Assembly: GCF_963921235.1 (NCBI RefSeq)
Contig: NC_086108.1
Location: forward strand, 102,550,001 to 102,614,000
Direction: 5' to 3'
Length of the DNA stretch: 64,000 nucleotides
Source: Mobula hypostoma
Taxonomy: Eukaryota
Shown: piece by piece, positions 35,770-47,160 of the stretch
How positions within the stretch are numbered: position 1 is the first letter of the stretch
How the letters are laid out: each line of letters starts with the position of its first letter
Notes under the pieces: generated by a model
What the model saw: the letters and a program-made list of their open reading frames with translations, nothing else
What the model was told of the DNA's origin: nothing
The model's database searches: none
Made by a program: the position numbers and the translations under genes

Positions 35770-37100
35770 GATTTATTCAGGTTTAGATTTATCACGTGCA
35801 CGTTGATACATACAGCTTCATTTTCTGGCGGGCATTCACAGTAAATACAAGAAACACAATATCAATGAAAGACCACACACAACAGGACAAACAGCCAATT
35901 GCAAAAGACAACAAACTGTGCAAATAGAAAAAGAGAGAAAAAATAAATAATAATAATAATTAAATAAGCAATATATATCGAGAAAATTAGATGAAAGGTC
36001 CTTCAAAGTGAATCCATAAGTTGTGGGAACAGCGCAGTGATTGGGGCAAGTGAAATTGAGTTATCTCCTTTGGTTCAAGAACCTGATGGTTGAGGAGAAA
36101 TAATTGTTCCTGAACGTGGCGGTGTGCGTCCTGAGTCTTCCGTAACTCCTTCCTGATGGCAGAGAGCACGGCCTAGAGGCTGGAGTTCCTTGATGATGAA
36201 TGCTGTTTTCCTGCACGAGTGCTCTGTGTAGATATGTGCACTGGTGGGAAGGGCTTTACCCGTGATGCACTGGGCCATATCTACTACTTTTTGTAAGCTT
36301 TTCTGTTCAAGGGCATTGGTGTTTACATACCAGGCCGTGATGTAAGCAGTCGGTATACTATCCAATGCAAATCAATAGAATTTTGTCAAAGTTTTACATG
36401 TCTTGCTAAATCTTCACAAATTTCTAAGGAAGTAGAGGCTCTGCCGTGCTTTCTTCATAATAACGCTTAGTCCTGGACCTAGGGCTGATCTTCTGAAATG
36501 ACAATACTGAGGAGTTTAATCAATAATCAGATCCTTGATCTTGCTGATCACTCAGCCAGGTTTTCAATCACCATCTTTGATTCAGCCAGCAACACTGGTG
36601 TTGTCAGCAAGCTTAAATAGGCGATTGGAGTTGTGCTTAGCCTCACAGTCAGAAGTGTAAAGCGAGTAGAGCAGGAGACTAAGCACATTGCCCTGTGGTG
36701 CACCTGTGCTGATGGAGATTGTATAGGAGATGTTGTTGCCAATACGAACTATCTGGGGTCTGCAAGTGAGGAAGTCAAGGATCCAGTGCACAAGGAGGTA
36801 TTGAGGCCTAGGTCTTGGAGGCATTGATTAGTTTTGAGGAAATTATAGTACCAAATGCCAAGCTGTAGTCAATGAAGAATATCTTAACGTATGCATCTTT
36901 GCTGTGCAGATGTTTCAGGGTTGAGTGAGGAGCTAACAAAATGGCATCTGCTATTGACCTATTGTATCTGTAGACAAACAGGAGTGGATCCAAGTCACTC
37001 CTTAGGCAGGAGTTGATATGTTTCATCGCCAACCTCTCAAAGCACTTCATCATCGTGGATGTAGGTACTACTGAACAATAGTCATTGAAGCAGGTTACCA
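35770..37100 (-). mobile_element. Rex1/Babar RT and 3' end
   Basis: MKCFERLAMKHINS..DLDPL, FIDYSLAF, TGAPQG.VLS, AWY.N...LQKVV motifs. Confidence 0.85.
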
Positions 37101-37104
37101 AGTA

Positions 37105-37640
37105 CAGCCATCCATTCCTTCATGATTGCATCAATGTGTCGGGCCCAGAATAAATTCTCTAAGATGTTGACAACCAGGTACCTTACGGTGCTGATCCTAT
37201 CCACCACTGATCCCCTCAAAGTGGACTGATGTGTGTTCTCCAAACTTCCCCTTCCTGAAGTCCACATTTAACTAGTCGTGCTAGTGTTGAGTGTGAAGCT
37301 GCTGTAGCAGCACCACTCAACTAGCTCATCTATCTCCACCCTGTAATATACCTTCTCATCATCATTCTGACTGGTTGCTTGACATACTGGTGTAGAGGCT
37401 CCAATGCACAGGATCCCAAGAGGCTGCTAAAGGTTGTAGATGTAGCCAGTTCCATCACAGGCACAATCATCCCCACCATCGAGAACATCTTCAAGAGGCT
37501 GTGCCTCAAGGAGGTGGCATCCATCATTAAGGATCCTCACTATCCAGGACGTGTCCTCTTCTTGCTACTCCCATCCGGGAAGATGTACAAACGTTTGTAC
37601 AAGGCCCTTAAAATCCACACTCAATGATTTAGGAACACCA
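37105..37640. mobile_element. Rex1/Babar copy with an apparent 5' inversion
   Basis: 37105-37360 (-) encodes upstream RT sequence. 37361-37640 (+) continues with ILTGC...LKEVASIIKDPHYPG. Confidence 0.6.
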
Positions 37641-37749
37641 ATCCTATCCTAACCTATTTTACTCTACCCCTAATTTCCCATCAACTCCCTCTCAAATTCT
37701 GCCACAAAGGATAATAAAGGCCAATTCACCTATAAACCCACTTGTTTGT

Positions 37750-38195
37750 GGCTGAATCACATCTGGTATGTGGGGTAGGTCTACTGCACAGGCTCCAGAG
37801 ATTTGTAAATTTAGTCAGCTCCATCATGAGTACTAGCTTCCATATTATCCAGGACATCTGCAAGGAGCGATGCCTCAAAAAGGCAGCATCCATCATCAAG
37901 GCATGGCCTTGTTCTCATTGCTACCATCAGGAAAGAGGTACAGGAGCCCGAAGGCACACACTGAACGATTCAGGAGCCGCTTCTTCCCCTCTGCCATCCA
38001 ATTCCTGAGTGGACGATGAACCCATGAACACTGCCTCTACTTCTTTTATTGCTATTTTTCGCACTACTTATTTAATTTCACTATTTAATGTATACATGCT
38101 TACGGTAATTCAGAGGGTTTTTTCGATTATTATGTACTGCTGCCAAAGTTAACAAATTTCACAATATATGCCGGAGATATTAAATCTGAGTCTGA
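37750..38195 (+). mobile_element. Rex1/Babar 3' fragment
   Basis: CLKKAASIIK motif. 3' UTR ends GATATTAAATCTGAGTCTGA. Confidence 0.75.
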
Positions 38196-39809
38196 TGGGT
38201 CGAAGAGCCTGTACTGTGTTGTATTACTCTATGTTCTATTCTATAACCTTGTCCCCACATTTACAATCCTGTGTTCCCACAATGTCCATTAAGACCCTCT
38301 CCAGTTCTCCCATCGTTTACTGACACTGGGAATTACTTATTTCCAAATAAACTTGTAACCAGCACATTTTTGGGTGTGGGAAGGAATTGGAACACCATTT
38401 GGAAAGCCAGAGGGTCATAGAGAGAACATTCATTTACCATAGGAACACAGGGAGAACCTGCAAGCTCCACCTAGACAGCACCGAGGTCAGAATCGAACCT
38501 GGGTTTCTGGAGGCCTAAGGCAGCATATTGTGTCATCCTCAAATATTTACCTGTCATCTTTACTCTTTCTTCAAACCTTTTCTGTAGCTTTCTGTATTTA
38601 AATAGTAGATTTGACTGAAATTGTTAAAATAAATTCATGAGGGTAGAAGTGAATGATTGCTTCTAATTGTACATTAAAATATGAGCAAGAGAGTGCAGAC
38701 CAAGGAATGTCCTCAGAAAGTTCAAAGGAAAAAGTTGAAAGAACTTATTTCCTGCAGCAAATTTTTAAAAACTTTATTCATTTTCTAAATCTACAAGGCT
38801 TAATTGCCATTGAGAGGGTGGTGGTGTGCTGCCTTCTTAAAATTCAGGTTCAGCTTCAAGCTTAATTGTCATTCAATGATACATGAATACCACAAACAAA
38901 GCTAAACAGAATAGTATTACTCCAGGGCCAAGGTTCAAAACACAGTACCAACAGCCACACACAGCATACAGCGTGTATCATGCACATAAGATAGCAAGCA
39001 CATATAAGATATCAGTAAAATATAGTCACACTCACAAAAAAATATAGGCCAAGACCCTGAATCCATGAACGCTGCAGTGGTCTGCAGTTGAACACGATAC
39101 ACTTATATTCTACAAGCTAGCACTGGGGAGCAGCATCGACTCCAGCTTGGACACTGCACCACAACACCTCCCGTGCTCCAGTGGAGTGCACTGACTTTGA
39201 TGCCTCTCTCCTGAGAGACTGTAAACACGTGACACCATGGCTTGAGACCAAGTCCTCACGAAGAGTGTGGCCACGAGCTCCCCTGGCCCCCCACCAATAA
39301 ATCAATGAATCAGACTTGTAGCAAACCACCCTAACAATATCCAACAGGGTCTTCTGATCACAGGAAAAGCAACTAAGATGATCACTCATGCTTATTCCAT
39401 AATTCCATACTTCTTCTGGGAAAAGTCCTCTCACAGTGCTAATAGTAAATTGGTAAATTGGGTTATTATTGTCCCGTGTATCAAGGTAGGGTGAAAAACT
39501 TGGTTTTGCATGTCGTCCATCATAATCATTGCATTACAGCAATGCATTGAGCTAGTACCTAGACAAAACAATAAGAGAATATGGAATTGTTACGTATGTG
39601 GGAGCAAGAATGACAATGGGTAGAAGTCAGATGAAATGCTTTTACTGAGTCATGTTAGCCATGAAATGCATGAGAGATGACAAACTGGGCCCACTGAGAC
39701 AAAAAAGTTCTGTTCAAAGTAAACTTATTATCAAAGTACATATATGTCACCATATACAGCCCTGAGATTCATTTTCTTGTGGGCATTCTCAATAAATCCA
39801 TAATAGAAT

Positions 39810-41025
39810 AAGACCATAAGATATAGGAGCAGAATTAGACGACTTGGCCCATCAAGTCTGCTCCGCCATTTCATCATGGTTGATCCAATTTTCCTCTCAG
39901 CCCCAATCTCCTGCCTTCTCCCCATATCCCTTCATGCCCTGACCAATCAAGAATCTTATCAACCTCTGCCCTAAATATACATAAAGGTGGCCTCCACAGC
40001 TGCCTGTGGTATAGAATTCCACAGATTCACTAATCCCTGGCTAAAGAGATTCCTCCTCATCTCCATTTTAAAAGGATGCCCCTCTATTCTGAGGCTGTGT
40101 CCTCTGGTCTTAGACTCTCCCACCACAGGAAACATACTCTCCACATTCACTCTACCAAGGCCATTTATTATTCAATAGTTTCAATGAGGTCACCACTCTC
40201 TTTCTGAATTCCAGCAAATACAAGCCTGGAGCCATCAAATGCTCTTCATATGATAAGCCTTGCAATCCTGGAATCATTGTTGGAAACCTCCTTTGAATCC
40301 TCTTCAGTTTCAGCACATCCTGTGGGACCCGAAAGGGGGCCCCCACATCCTGCTCAGAATACTCCGTGAGGCCTCACCAGTGCTTTATAAAGTTTCAACA
40401 GTACGTCCTTGCTGTTAGTCCTCTTGAAGTGTATGCTAACATTGCATTTGCCTTTATCATCACAGACTCAGTCTGCAAATTAACCTTTAAGGAATCATGC
40501 ATGAGGATTCACAAATCCAACTGCACTTTAGTTTTTTTTTCTATTTTCTCTCCATTTAGAAAATAGTCAACCCTCTCATTTCTTCACCAAAGTGTATGAC
40601 CATACACTTCCCAACATTGTATTCCAAACGCCATTTCTTTGCCCATTCTCCTGATCTGTCTAAGTCCGTCTGTAGCCTCTCTACTTCCTCAAAACTACCT
40701 GACCCCACCTATTTTCATATAATCTGCAAACTTTGCAACAAAACCATCAATTCCATCATAAGGTAAGAAGAATCAGTCCCAACACAGACCCTTGTGGAAC
40801 ACCAGCAGCCAGCTAGAAAAGACTCCCTTCATTCCCACTCTTTGCCTTCTGCCAATCAGCCACTACTTTATCCATGTTAGACTCTTTTCTGTAATACCAT
40901 GGGCTTGTAGCTTGTTAAGCTGACTCATGTGTCTCACCTTGTCAAAGACCACCTGAAAATCCAAGTGCACAACATCAACTGATTATCCTTTGACTATCCT
41001 GCTTGTTATTTCTTCAAAGAATTCC
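39810..41025 (-). mobile_element. Decayed CR1 inserted in a minus-strand Rex 3' end (~39715-41390)
   Basis: CR1 RT and 3' UTR similarity with a GACCATAAG tail. Rex sequence on both sides. Confidence 0.8.
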
Positions 41026-42039
41026 AATGGAGTTCCAAAAGTAACAACCATAATAGAATCAATGAAAGACCACACCAACTTGGGCATTCACCCAACGGGC
41101 AAAAGACACAAACTGTGCAAATACAAAAAGAAAGAAATAATAATAATAATAAATAAGCAATAAATATCAACACATGGACATGAAAAGTCCTTGAACATGA
41201 GTCCGTAGATTGGGGGAACAGTTCAATAGTGGGGCAAGTGAAGATGAGTGAAATTATCCCCTGATGGTTGAGGGGTAATAACTGTTCCTGAACCTGGTGG
41301 TGTGAGTCCTGTGGTTCCTGTACCTTCTTCCTGATGGCAGCAGCGAGAAGAGAGTACATCCTGGGTGGTGGGGGACCCTCATGATGGATGAAACATGTGC
41401 AATCAAAAGCCTGTGTGGAAAGAGAGTCTTCTGTGCGTAAGGTACTCAATTGATCCACTGCACAATCAGTTTACTGCATGTGCACTTGCCATATTTTTGC
41501 AATTGATTGACACAGTTCAAGTATAAAGTGTTATAAGTTATAGAGAAAGGGCGGTGCAGGCAGAAAATAAAGTGCAAGGTAATGAGTGGTAAATAGTGAG
41601 ACAAAGCGTCTGTTCTTATCATACTCAAGGATTTTTCCATATCACAGTGGGATAGAAGCCCCTCTAGGTAACAGGGAGCACTTTCCAGGACTTAGTGGTG
41701 ATGAAGGACACGCAGCATATTACTAAATTGGAATGTTATGCACACTGGAGAGGAACCAGTTGGTGGTGGTATTCTCAAACACTTGAGCTTCTGGATGATA
41801 GAATCTGCAGGTTTGGGAAGTGCTGTCAAATAGTGCCTTAGATTGTAACACCATCTAAGAAACATAAGGATTTAAAAAATGAAAATAGGGATTGGGATTA
41901 AAGTGACCATTTCTGTTGAGGAGGTAACACGAACTTTGAAGTGAGGCCATGGTTAGGATGGAAGAGCAATGCCTCATGTCCCATCTGGGTAGCTTCCAAC
42001 CTGACTGCATGAATATCACTGATCCTAACATCTAATTAT

Positions 42040-42382
42040 TGGTGGCAGTGTGGAGATACATTTTCCTTCCGCCAGCCTGCAGGTCGCCCTTGGGCAAGAT
42101 GTAGTACCTGCTTACACCCATCCTCCCCCACCCCTCCGGATATGGGTCACATGAGACCAGCTGGTGGATGGTCATATGAGCAGCTGGTGCATATCACAAG
42201 TCCCGGTTATGCGACCTCTGACGCAGACAATCTCTGAAGAGTATTGATAATGGCTGGGGTCACACATCTTGTAAAGACACTTCCAGAAGAAGGCAATGGC
42301 AAACCAGTTCTGTAGAATTTGCCAAGAACAATCATAGACCATGATCGCCCACATCATATGGCAAGGTACATAATGATGGTGA
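42040..42382 (+). mobile_element. Non-autonomous RTE/BovB-related SINE-like element
   Basis: AGAAGAAGGCAATGGCAAACC motif and TAATGATGGTGA tail. Second copy at 12-570 (-). It splits a + strand Penelope fragment (~41940-42690). Confidence 0.6.
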
Positions 42383-42756
42383 TTATAAACTTCTCCCCTA
42401 TCCCTCCTGTCTCATTTTCCATTCCCTATTCCTTCTCCCATCTTACCCCTTCTCTCCTCCTCACCTTTCTATCACCTTCCACTGATGCACTTCCTCCTTC
42501 TCTTCCTCCCTTGGTCCACTCTCCTCCCATATCTTCAGCCCTTCACCACCTATACATTCCCAACTTCTTACTTCTCCCCCCACTGACCCATCCAGCTTTC
42601 CCCTCATCTGGTTTCACCTATCACCTGTCAGCTTGTATAGCTTCCCCTCTCTTTAACTTCTTATTTTGGCTTCTTCCCCCTTCCTGAGCTTTCTATCTCA
42701 GAAACCCACAGAATTAAATCAATAGTTTCTTAGATAAGTAGAGAATCTTATATATA

Positions 42757-42985
42757 GGCATCCGTTAGTCTCATGAGACCATGGATTTGCGCCTTGGAAG
42801 GTTTCTAGGGCGCAGGCCTGGGCAAGGTTGTATGGAAGACCAGTAATTGTCCATGCTGCAAGTCTCCCCTCTCCACGACACCGATGTCATCCAAGGGAAG
42901 GGCATTAGGACCATGCAGCTTGGCACCGGTGTCATCGCAAAGCAATGTGTGGTTAAGTGCCTTGCTCAAGGACACACATGCTGCC
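42757..42985 (-). mobile_element. SINE-like repeat, probably RTE-associated
   Basis: GGTTAAGTGCCTTGCTCAAGGACAC motif and hairpin GCGCCTTGGA/TCTAGGGCGC near the 3' end. Confidence 0.45.
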
Positions 42986-43337
42986 TTAACCACTTGGCCA
43001 CGTGCCAACAGTAGAGAATCACAGGTCAAGAAATCAGATCCAAGGCTAAAGATCTCCCATTATCTTTTAGTATGGCAGCACAGACTCAGTGGCCTATCCT
43101 GCTCCTAATCCATATGTTGTGGCCTGTGATTTGTATGATTGGCTTCATTGCCGCATGAGGGTCTAAATGCAGGTAAAATGGCTCCCAGCTTTTAAGTGAG
43201 AATGCTTCAAATTTTCATTTCACTTTATGTGAAAGAAGTTATTCCTGCTATCATTCCTAACTGGCCAAACAAAGGCAAGTGGGATTAGCTCATGATCAGC
43301 ATAAACAAGTATGGCCGAAGATCTGTTTCCATGCTGT

Positions 43338-43528
43338 AAACACGAGGAATTCTGCAGATGCTGGAAATTCAAGCAACACACATTAAAGTTGCTGGTGAAC
43401 GCAGCAGGCCAGGCAGCATCTCTAGGAAGAGGTACAGTCGACGTTTTTGGGCCGAGACCCCCGAAACGTCAACTGTACCTCTTCCTAGAGATGCTGCCTG
43501 GCCTGCTGTGTTTGCCAGCAACTGTGAT
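43338..43528. mobile_element. Penelope-derived fold-back mini-element
   Basis: Long inverted arms that turn at hammerhead stem II (~43470). Imperfect TSD TGTTTCCATGCTG and TGTTTCCGTGCCG. Confidence 0.85.
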
Positions 43529-43739
43529 GTTTCCGTGCCGCATGGCTCTAAAGGGAATCGAGTGATGTGAATCCAGAAGCACAGTGTTAAACTGTCAATC
43601 TTACTGAATAGTGGGGAAGGCACAGGGGACAAGGTGGGTGGCTTCTGTTTCTGTTTCTGTTCATTGTGTTGTATAGATATGATAGGCATTGAGGGAGATG
43701 AGAGAAGCTTGAATTGTTCTCCTTGGGGCAGATGTTAAG

Positions 43740-44175
43740 GGAAAAGATTGTTCATCTTTCGAATGAGGTACTAAACTGAATTCTCGAAGGTGGATATAAA
43801 GGATTCCATGGCACTCTTGATGAAGAGCAGGAGAATTCTCCACACCGTTATTTATCTCAAAGCCAATCTGCACTAGTCTTTGCACCATTCTGTAGTTTTG
43901 TGCTCGTTTTACTGTATTTATTATTACATTGTGCTTCATGTGAATAGGGAATTTCATTGCAGCTCGGTGTAAATGACAGTAAACTAATCCAATCTCATCA
44001 AAAATTCTGAAATAGCTTATCTGCTTCTAATTACATTACTCTTTGCAAAACCTTGCATTGCACAAATTGACTGCTGCTTTATAACAGAGAACAAAATCTA
44101 CTTTTATTGTCTGTGAAGCACTTTGGGGCAATGCGAGATTGTGGAATGTTTTGTATTAATTTAGGTATTTTTTCC
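43740..44175 (+). mobile_element. Ancient Deu-domain SINE (SacSINE1/AmnSINE1-like), split by a small Rex tail
   Basis: CTTTCGAATGAG..TAAACTGA...GGTGGATATAAAGGATTCCATGGCACT...GAAGAGCAGGAGAATTCTCC and GCACAAATTGACTGC...TGTGAAGCACTTTGGG match the recalled Deu-domain consensus. Confidence 0.65.
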
Positions 44176-44183
44176 TCTCACAG

Positions 44184-44593
44184 CCTCTCCGCCTGCACTG
44201 TGACCTTTGCAGCATTGTGTCCAGCTCCGGACAGATTCTTGGCCAGAAGGCCGGCAAGCTGATTGACCAGTCGCCCTGCGTGTGGAGAATGAACAATGCA
44301 CCCACGCTGGGGTTTGAGTCCGACGTTGGCACCAGGACAACTGTCAGGGTGGTGTCCCACACCAGCTTACCACTCCTAATACAGAAGCAGCAGTATTACT
44401 TCGTAGAAGCCAATGAGACCATCTACGTTATCTGGGGTCCCTATCGGAAGATGCGGCAAGATGGACAAGGGCCCACATACAACGAGTTACAGAAGCTGGC
44501 CAGAAAGTTCCCCCACGCCAAGATCTACATGACCACACAGGAACGAATGAAGTACTGCGACAGGATCTTCGAGCAGGAAACAGGAAAGGACAG
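44184..44593 (+). CDS. ST6GALNAC3: Internal exon of an alpha-2,6-sialyltransferase (GT29, ST6GalNAc III/IV group), sialylmotif L
   Basis: Pyrimidine tract TTTTTTCCTCTCACAG acceptor (phase 0) and AG|GTAGGC donor. 410 bp open: PLRLHCDLCSIVSSSGQILGQ...IDQSPCVWRMNNAPT.GFESDVG.RTTVRVVSHTS...TIYVIWGP...YCDRIFEQETGKDR. Paralog assignment (3 vs 4) is less certain than the family. Confidence 0.9.
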
Positions 44594-44673
44594 GTAGGCA
44601 TTCTTGTTGCTTCATCCAGAGAACCCCAGGTCTCTTTGTAAAATAGCTAGAACAGACTAGAGTATAGTAGTTA

Positions 44674-45255
44674 CATAGAAACATAGAAAACATACAGCAC
44701 AATACAGGCCCTTCAGCCCACAAAGCTGTGCCAAACATGTCCCTACCTTAGAACTACCTAGGCTTTACCCATAGCCCTCAATTTTTCTAAGCACCATGTA
44801 GCCATCCAGGAGTCTCTTAAGACGCTACCATTTCCACCTCTACCACCACCACCAGCAGCCCATTACACACACTCACCACTCTCTGCGTAAAAAACTTACC
44901 CCTGATATCTCCTCTGAAACTACTTCCAAGCACCTTAAAACTATGCCCTCTCATGCTAGCCATTTCAGCCCTGGGGAAAAGCCTCTGACTATCCACACGA
45001 TCAATGCCTCTCATTATCTTGTATTCCTCAATCAGGTCACCTCTCATCCTCTGTCGCTGCAAGGAGAAAAGGCTGAGTTCACACAACCTATTCTCATAAG
45101 GCATGCTCCCCAATGCAGGCAACATCCTTGTAAATCTCCTCTGCACCCTTTCTATGGTTTCCACATCCTTGCTATAGTGAGGCGAGCAGAATTGAGCACA
45201 GTATTCCAAATGGTGTCTGACCAGGGTCCTATATAGCTGCAACATTACCTCTTGA
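44674..45255 (-). mobile_element. CR1 3' fragment
   Basis: ORF 44817-45260 LYRTLVRHHLEYC...RVQRRFTRMLP. (TTTCTATG)n tail at ~44674-44690. Confidence 0.9.
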
Positions 45256-45545
45256 TGCACAATGCTTTACAGTATCAGCAACCCGGGTTGAATTCCCACC
45301 ACTGCCTGTAAGGAGTTTGTACGTTCTCCCCGTGACTGCATGGGTTTTTTTTGGATGCTCTGATTCCTTCCCACAGTCCAAAGGCATATCGGTTGGTAGG
45401 TTAATTGGTCATTGTGAACTGTCCTGTGATCAGGCTAGGATTAAATCAGAGTATTCCGAGGTGGCATGGCTCAATGAGCCAGAAGGGCCTATTCCGTACT
45501 GTATCTCAATGAGTAAATAAATAAACAAACAAACAAACAAATAAA
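45256..45545 (+). mobile_element. V-domain SINE
   Basis: GGGTTGAATTCCC B-box, V-domain and (TAAA/CAAA)n tail. Confidence 0.75.
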
Positions 45546-45861
45546 TAGCCAGCACTGCCACCAGTAATGGCCAATACATGTTTAATCAGGGAAACGGCAT
45601 GGTAGTCTTTACAGCCTCTGCAAAACCTCTTGTTTTTATTGTGGTCATACCTCTGGTTTACAAAGCTTCGATTAATTGTTAAAGCATTGCAGAGGGTTCA
45701 GTCCCATCTTCCTAAATGGGTACCAAGATTCAAAGTTCAAATTAAATTCATTATCAAAATACATATACATCACCGTATACAACCCTGAGATTCAATTTCT
45801 TGCAGACGTTCACAGTAGAACAAAGAAATACAATAGAGTCAATGAAAAACTATACACAAGT

Positions 45862-47160
45862 GAAAATACAAGAGATTTTGCAGATGCTGGAAGTCCAGAG
45901 TAATACACACAAAATGCTGCAAGAACTCAACAGGTCAGGCAGGATCTATGGAAATTAATAAACAGTTGCCATTTTGGGCCAAGACCCTTCCTTGGGAGTG
46001 GGAAGGAAGGGAGAAGAAGCCCGAATAAAATAGTGGGGGGAAGAGAAGGAGGACTGGCTAAAAGATGATAGGTGAAGCCAGGTGGGTAGTAAAGGTAAAG
46101 GGTTAGAGAAGAAAGAACCTTGTAGGGGAGGAAGGTGGACCATGGGAAAAAGGGAAGAAGGAGGGGTACCAGGGAGGTGATAGGTAGGCGAGAAGAAGAG
46201 TTAAGAGACCATAGTGGGGAATAAAAGAAGAGGGAAGGAGGAAAAATCGATGTTCTTGCCATCATGTTGGAGGCTACCTAGACGGAATATGAGTTGTTGC
46301 TCCTCGACGCTGAGAGTAGCCTCATTATGGCAAAAGAGGAGGCCATGGACCGCCATGTCAGACTGGGAATGGGGATAGGAATTAAAATGGTTGGCCACCA
46401 GGAAATTCCACTTTTGGAAGATGGAGAGGAGGTTCTCGACAACATGTCCCCCCCCCCCCCAATTTACGTCAGGTCTCCCCAGTACAGAGGAGGCCACAGA
46501 TACAATAGACAACCCCAGCAGGTTCATACAGTTGAAGTGGTGCCTCACCTGATAGGACTATTTGGGGCACTGAATGGAGGTTAGGGAGGAGGTGAATGGA
46601 CAAGGGAATCATGGAGGGTACAATCCCTGCGGAAAACAGAGAATGGGGGGGGTGAAGTAAAGATCTGTTTGGTGATGGGATCTCTTTGAAGATGGTGGAG
46701 GTTGTGGAGAATGATTTGTTGGATGCGGAGGTTCATGGGTTGGTAGGTGAGGACAAGTGGAACTCTATCCCTGTTAAGGCAGCAGGAAGATGGAGTGAGC
46801 ACAGGTGTCCTGGAAATAGTAGAGATGCCAGGTGAAGGCAGCATTAATAGTGGAAGAAGGGAAACCCCATTCTTTGAAGAAGGAGGACATAGGAAAGCCT
46901 CAGGTTGAGAATAGATGCATCGGAGACAAAGGAACTGAGAAAAGGGAATAACATTTCTGTAGGAAACAGTGTGTAAACAGGTATAGTCAAGATACCCCTG
47001 GGAATCAGTGGTTTTACTAAAGATAGCGGTAGACAGTCTGTCCCCAGAGATGGAAACAGAGAGATCAAGAAAAGAGAGAGAAATGGACCAAGTGAATTTA
47101 AAGGCAGGCTGGAAGTTGATGAAACTGATGAGCTCAGCATGGGTGCTTGAAGCAGCACTG
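45862..47160 (-). mobile_element. 5'-truncated Penelope-like element (RT C-terminus, GIY-YIG endonuclease, pseudo-LTR)
   Basis: KFTWSIS.SFLDLSVSISGDRLST...DSQGYLDY, RVPLVLTY.P and VANHFNS..HS..DM.V.GL...EEQQLIFRLGSL..DG.NIDFS. Degenerate hammerhead at ~45963-45998. Inserted in a Rex 3' UTR (~45727-47545). Confidence 0.9.

Noticed and set aside
39798..41059. CCATAATAGAAT as a 12-bp TSD of the CR1 insert
   Set aside because: The host Rex 3' UTR appears internally repetitive here, so the duplication may predate the insertion.
44217..44597. 126-aa ORF as a standalone gene or processed pseudogene
   Set aside because: The GTG start and the TAG stop (within the donor GTAG) are artefacts. Canonical splice sites define an internal exon at 44184-44593.
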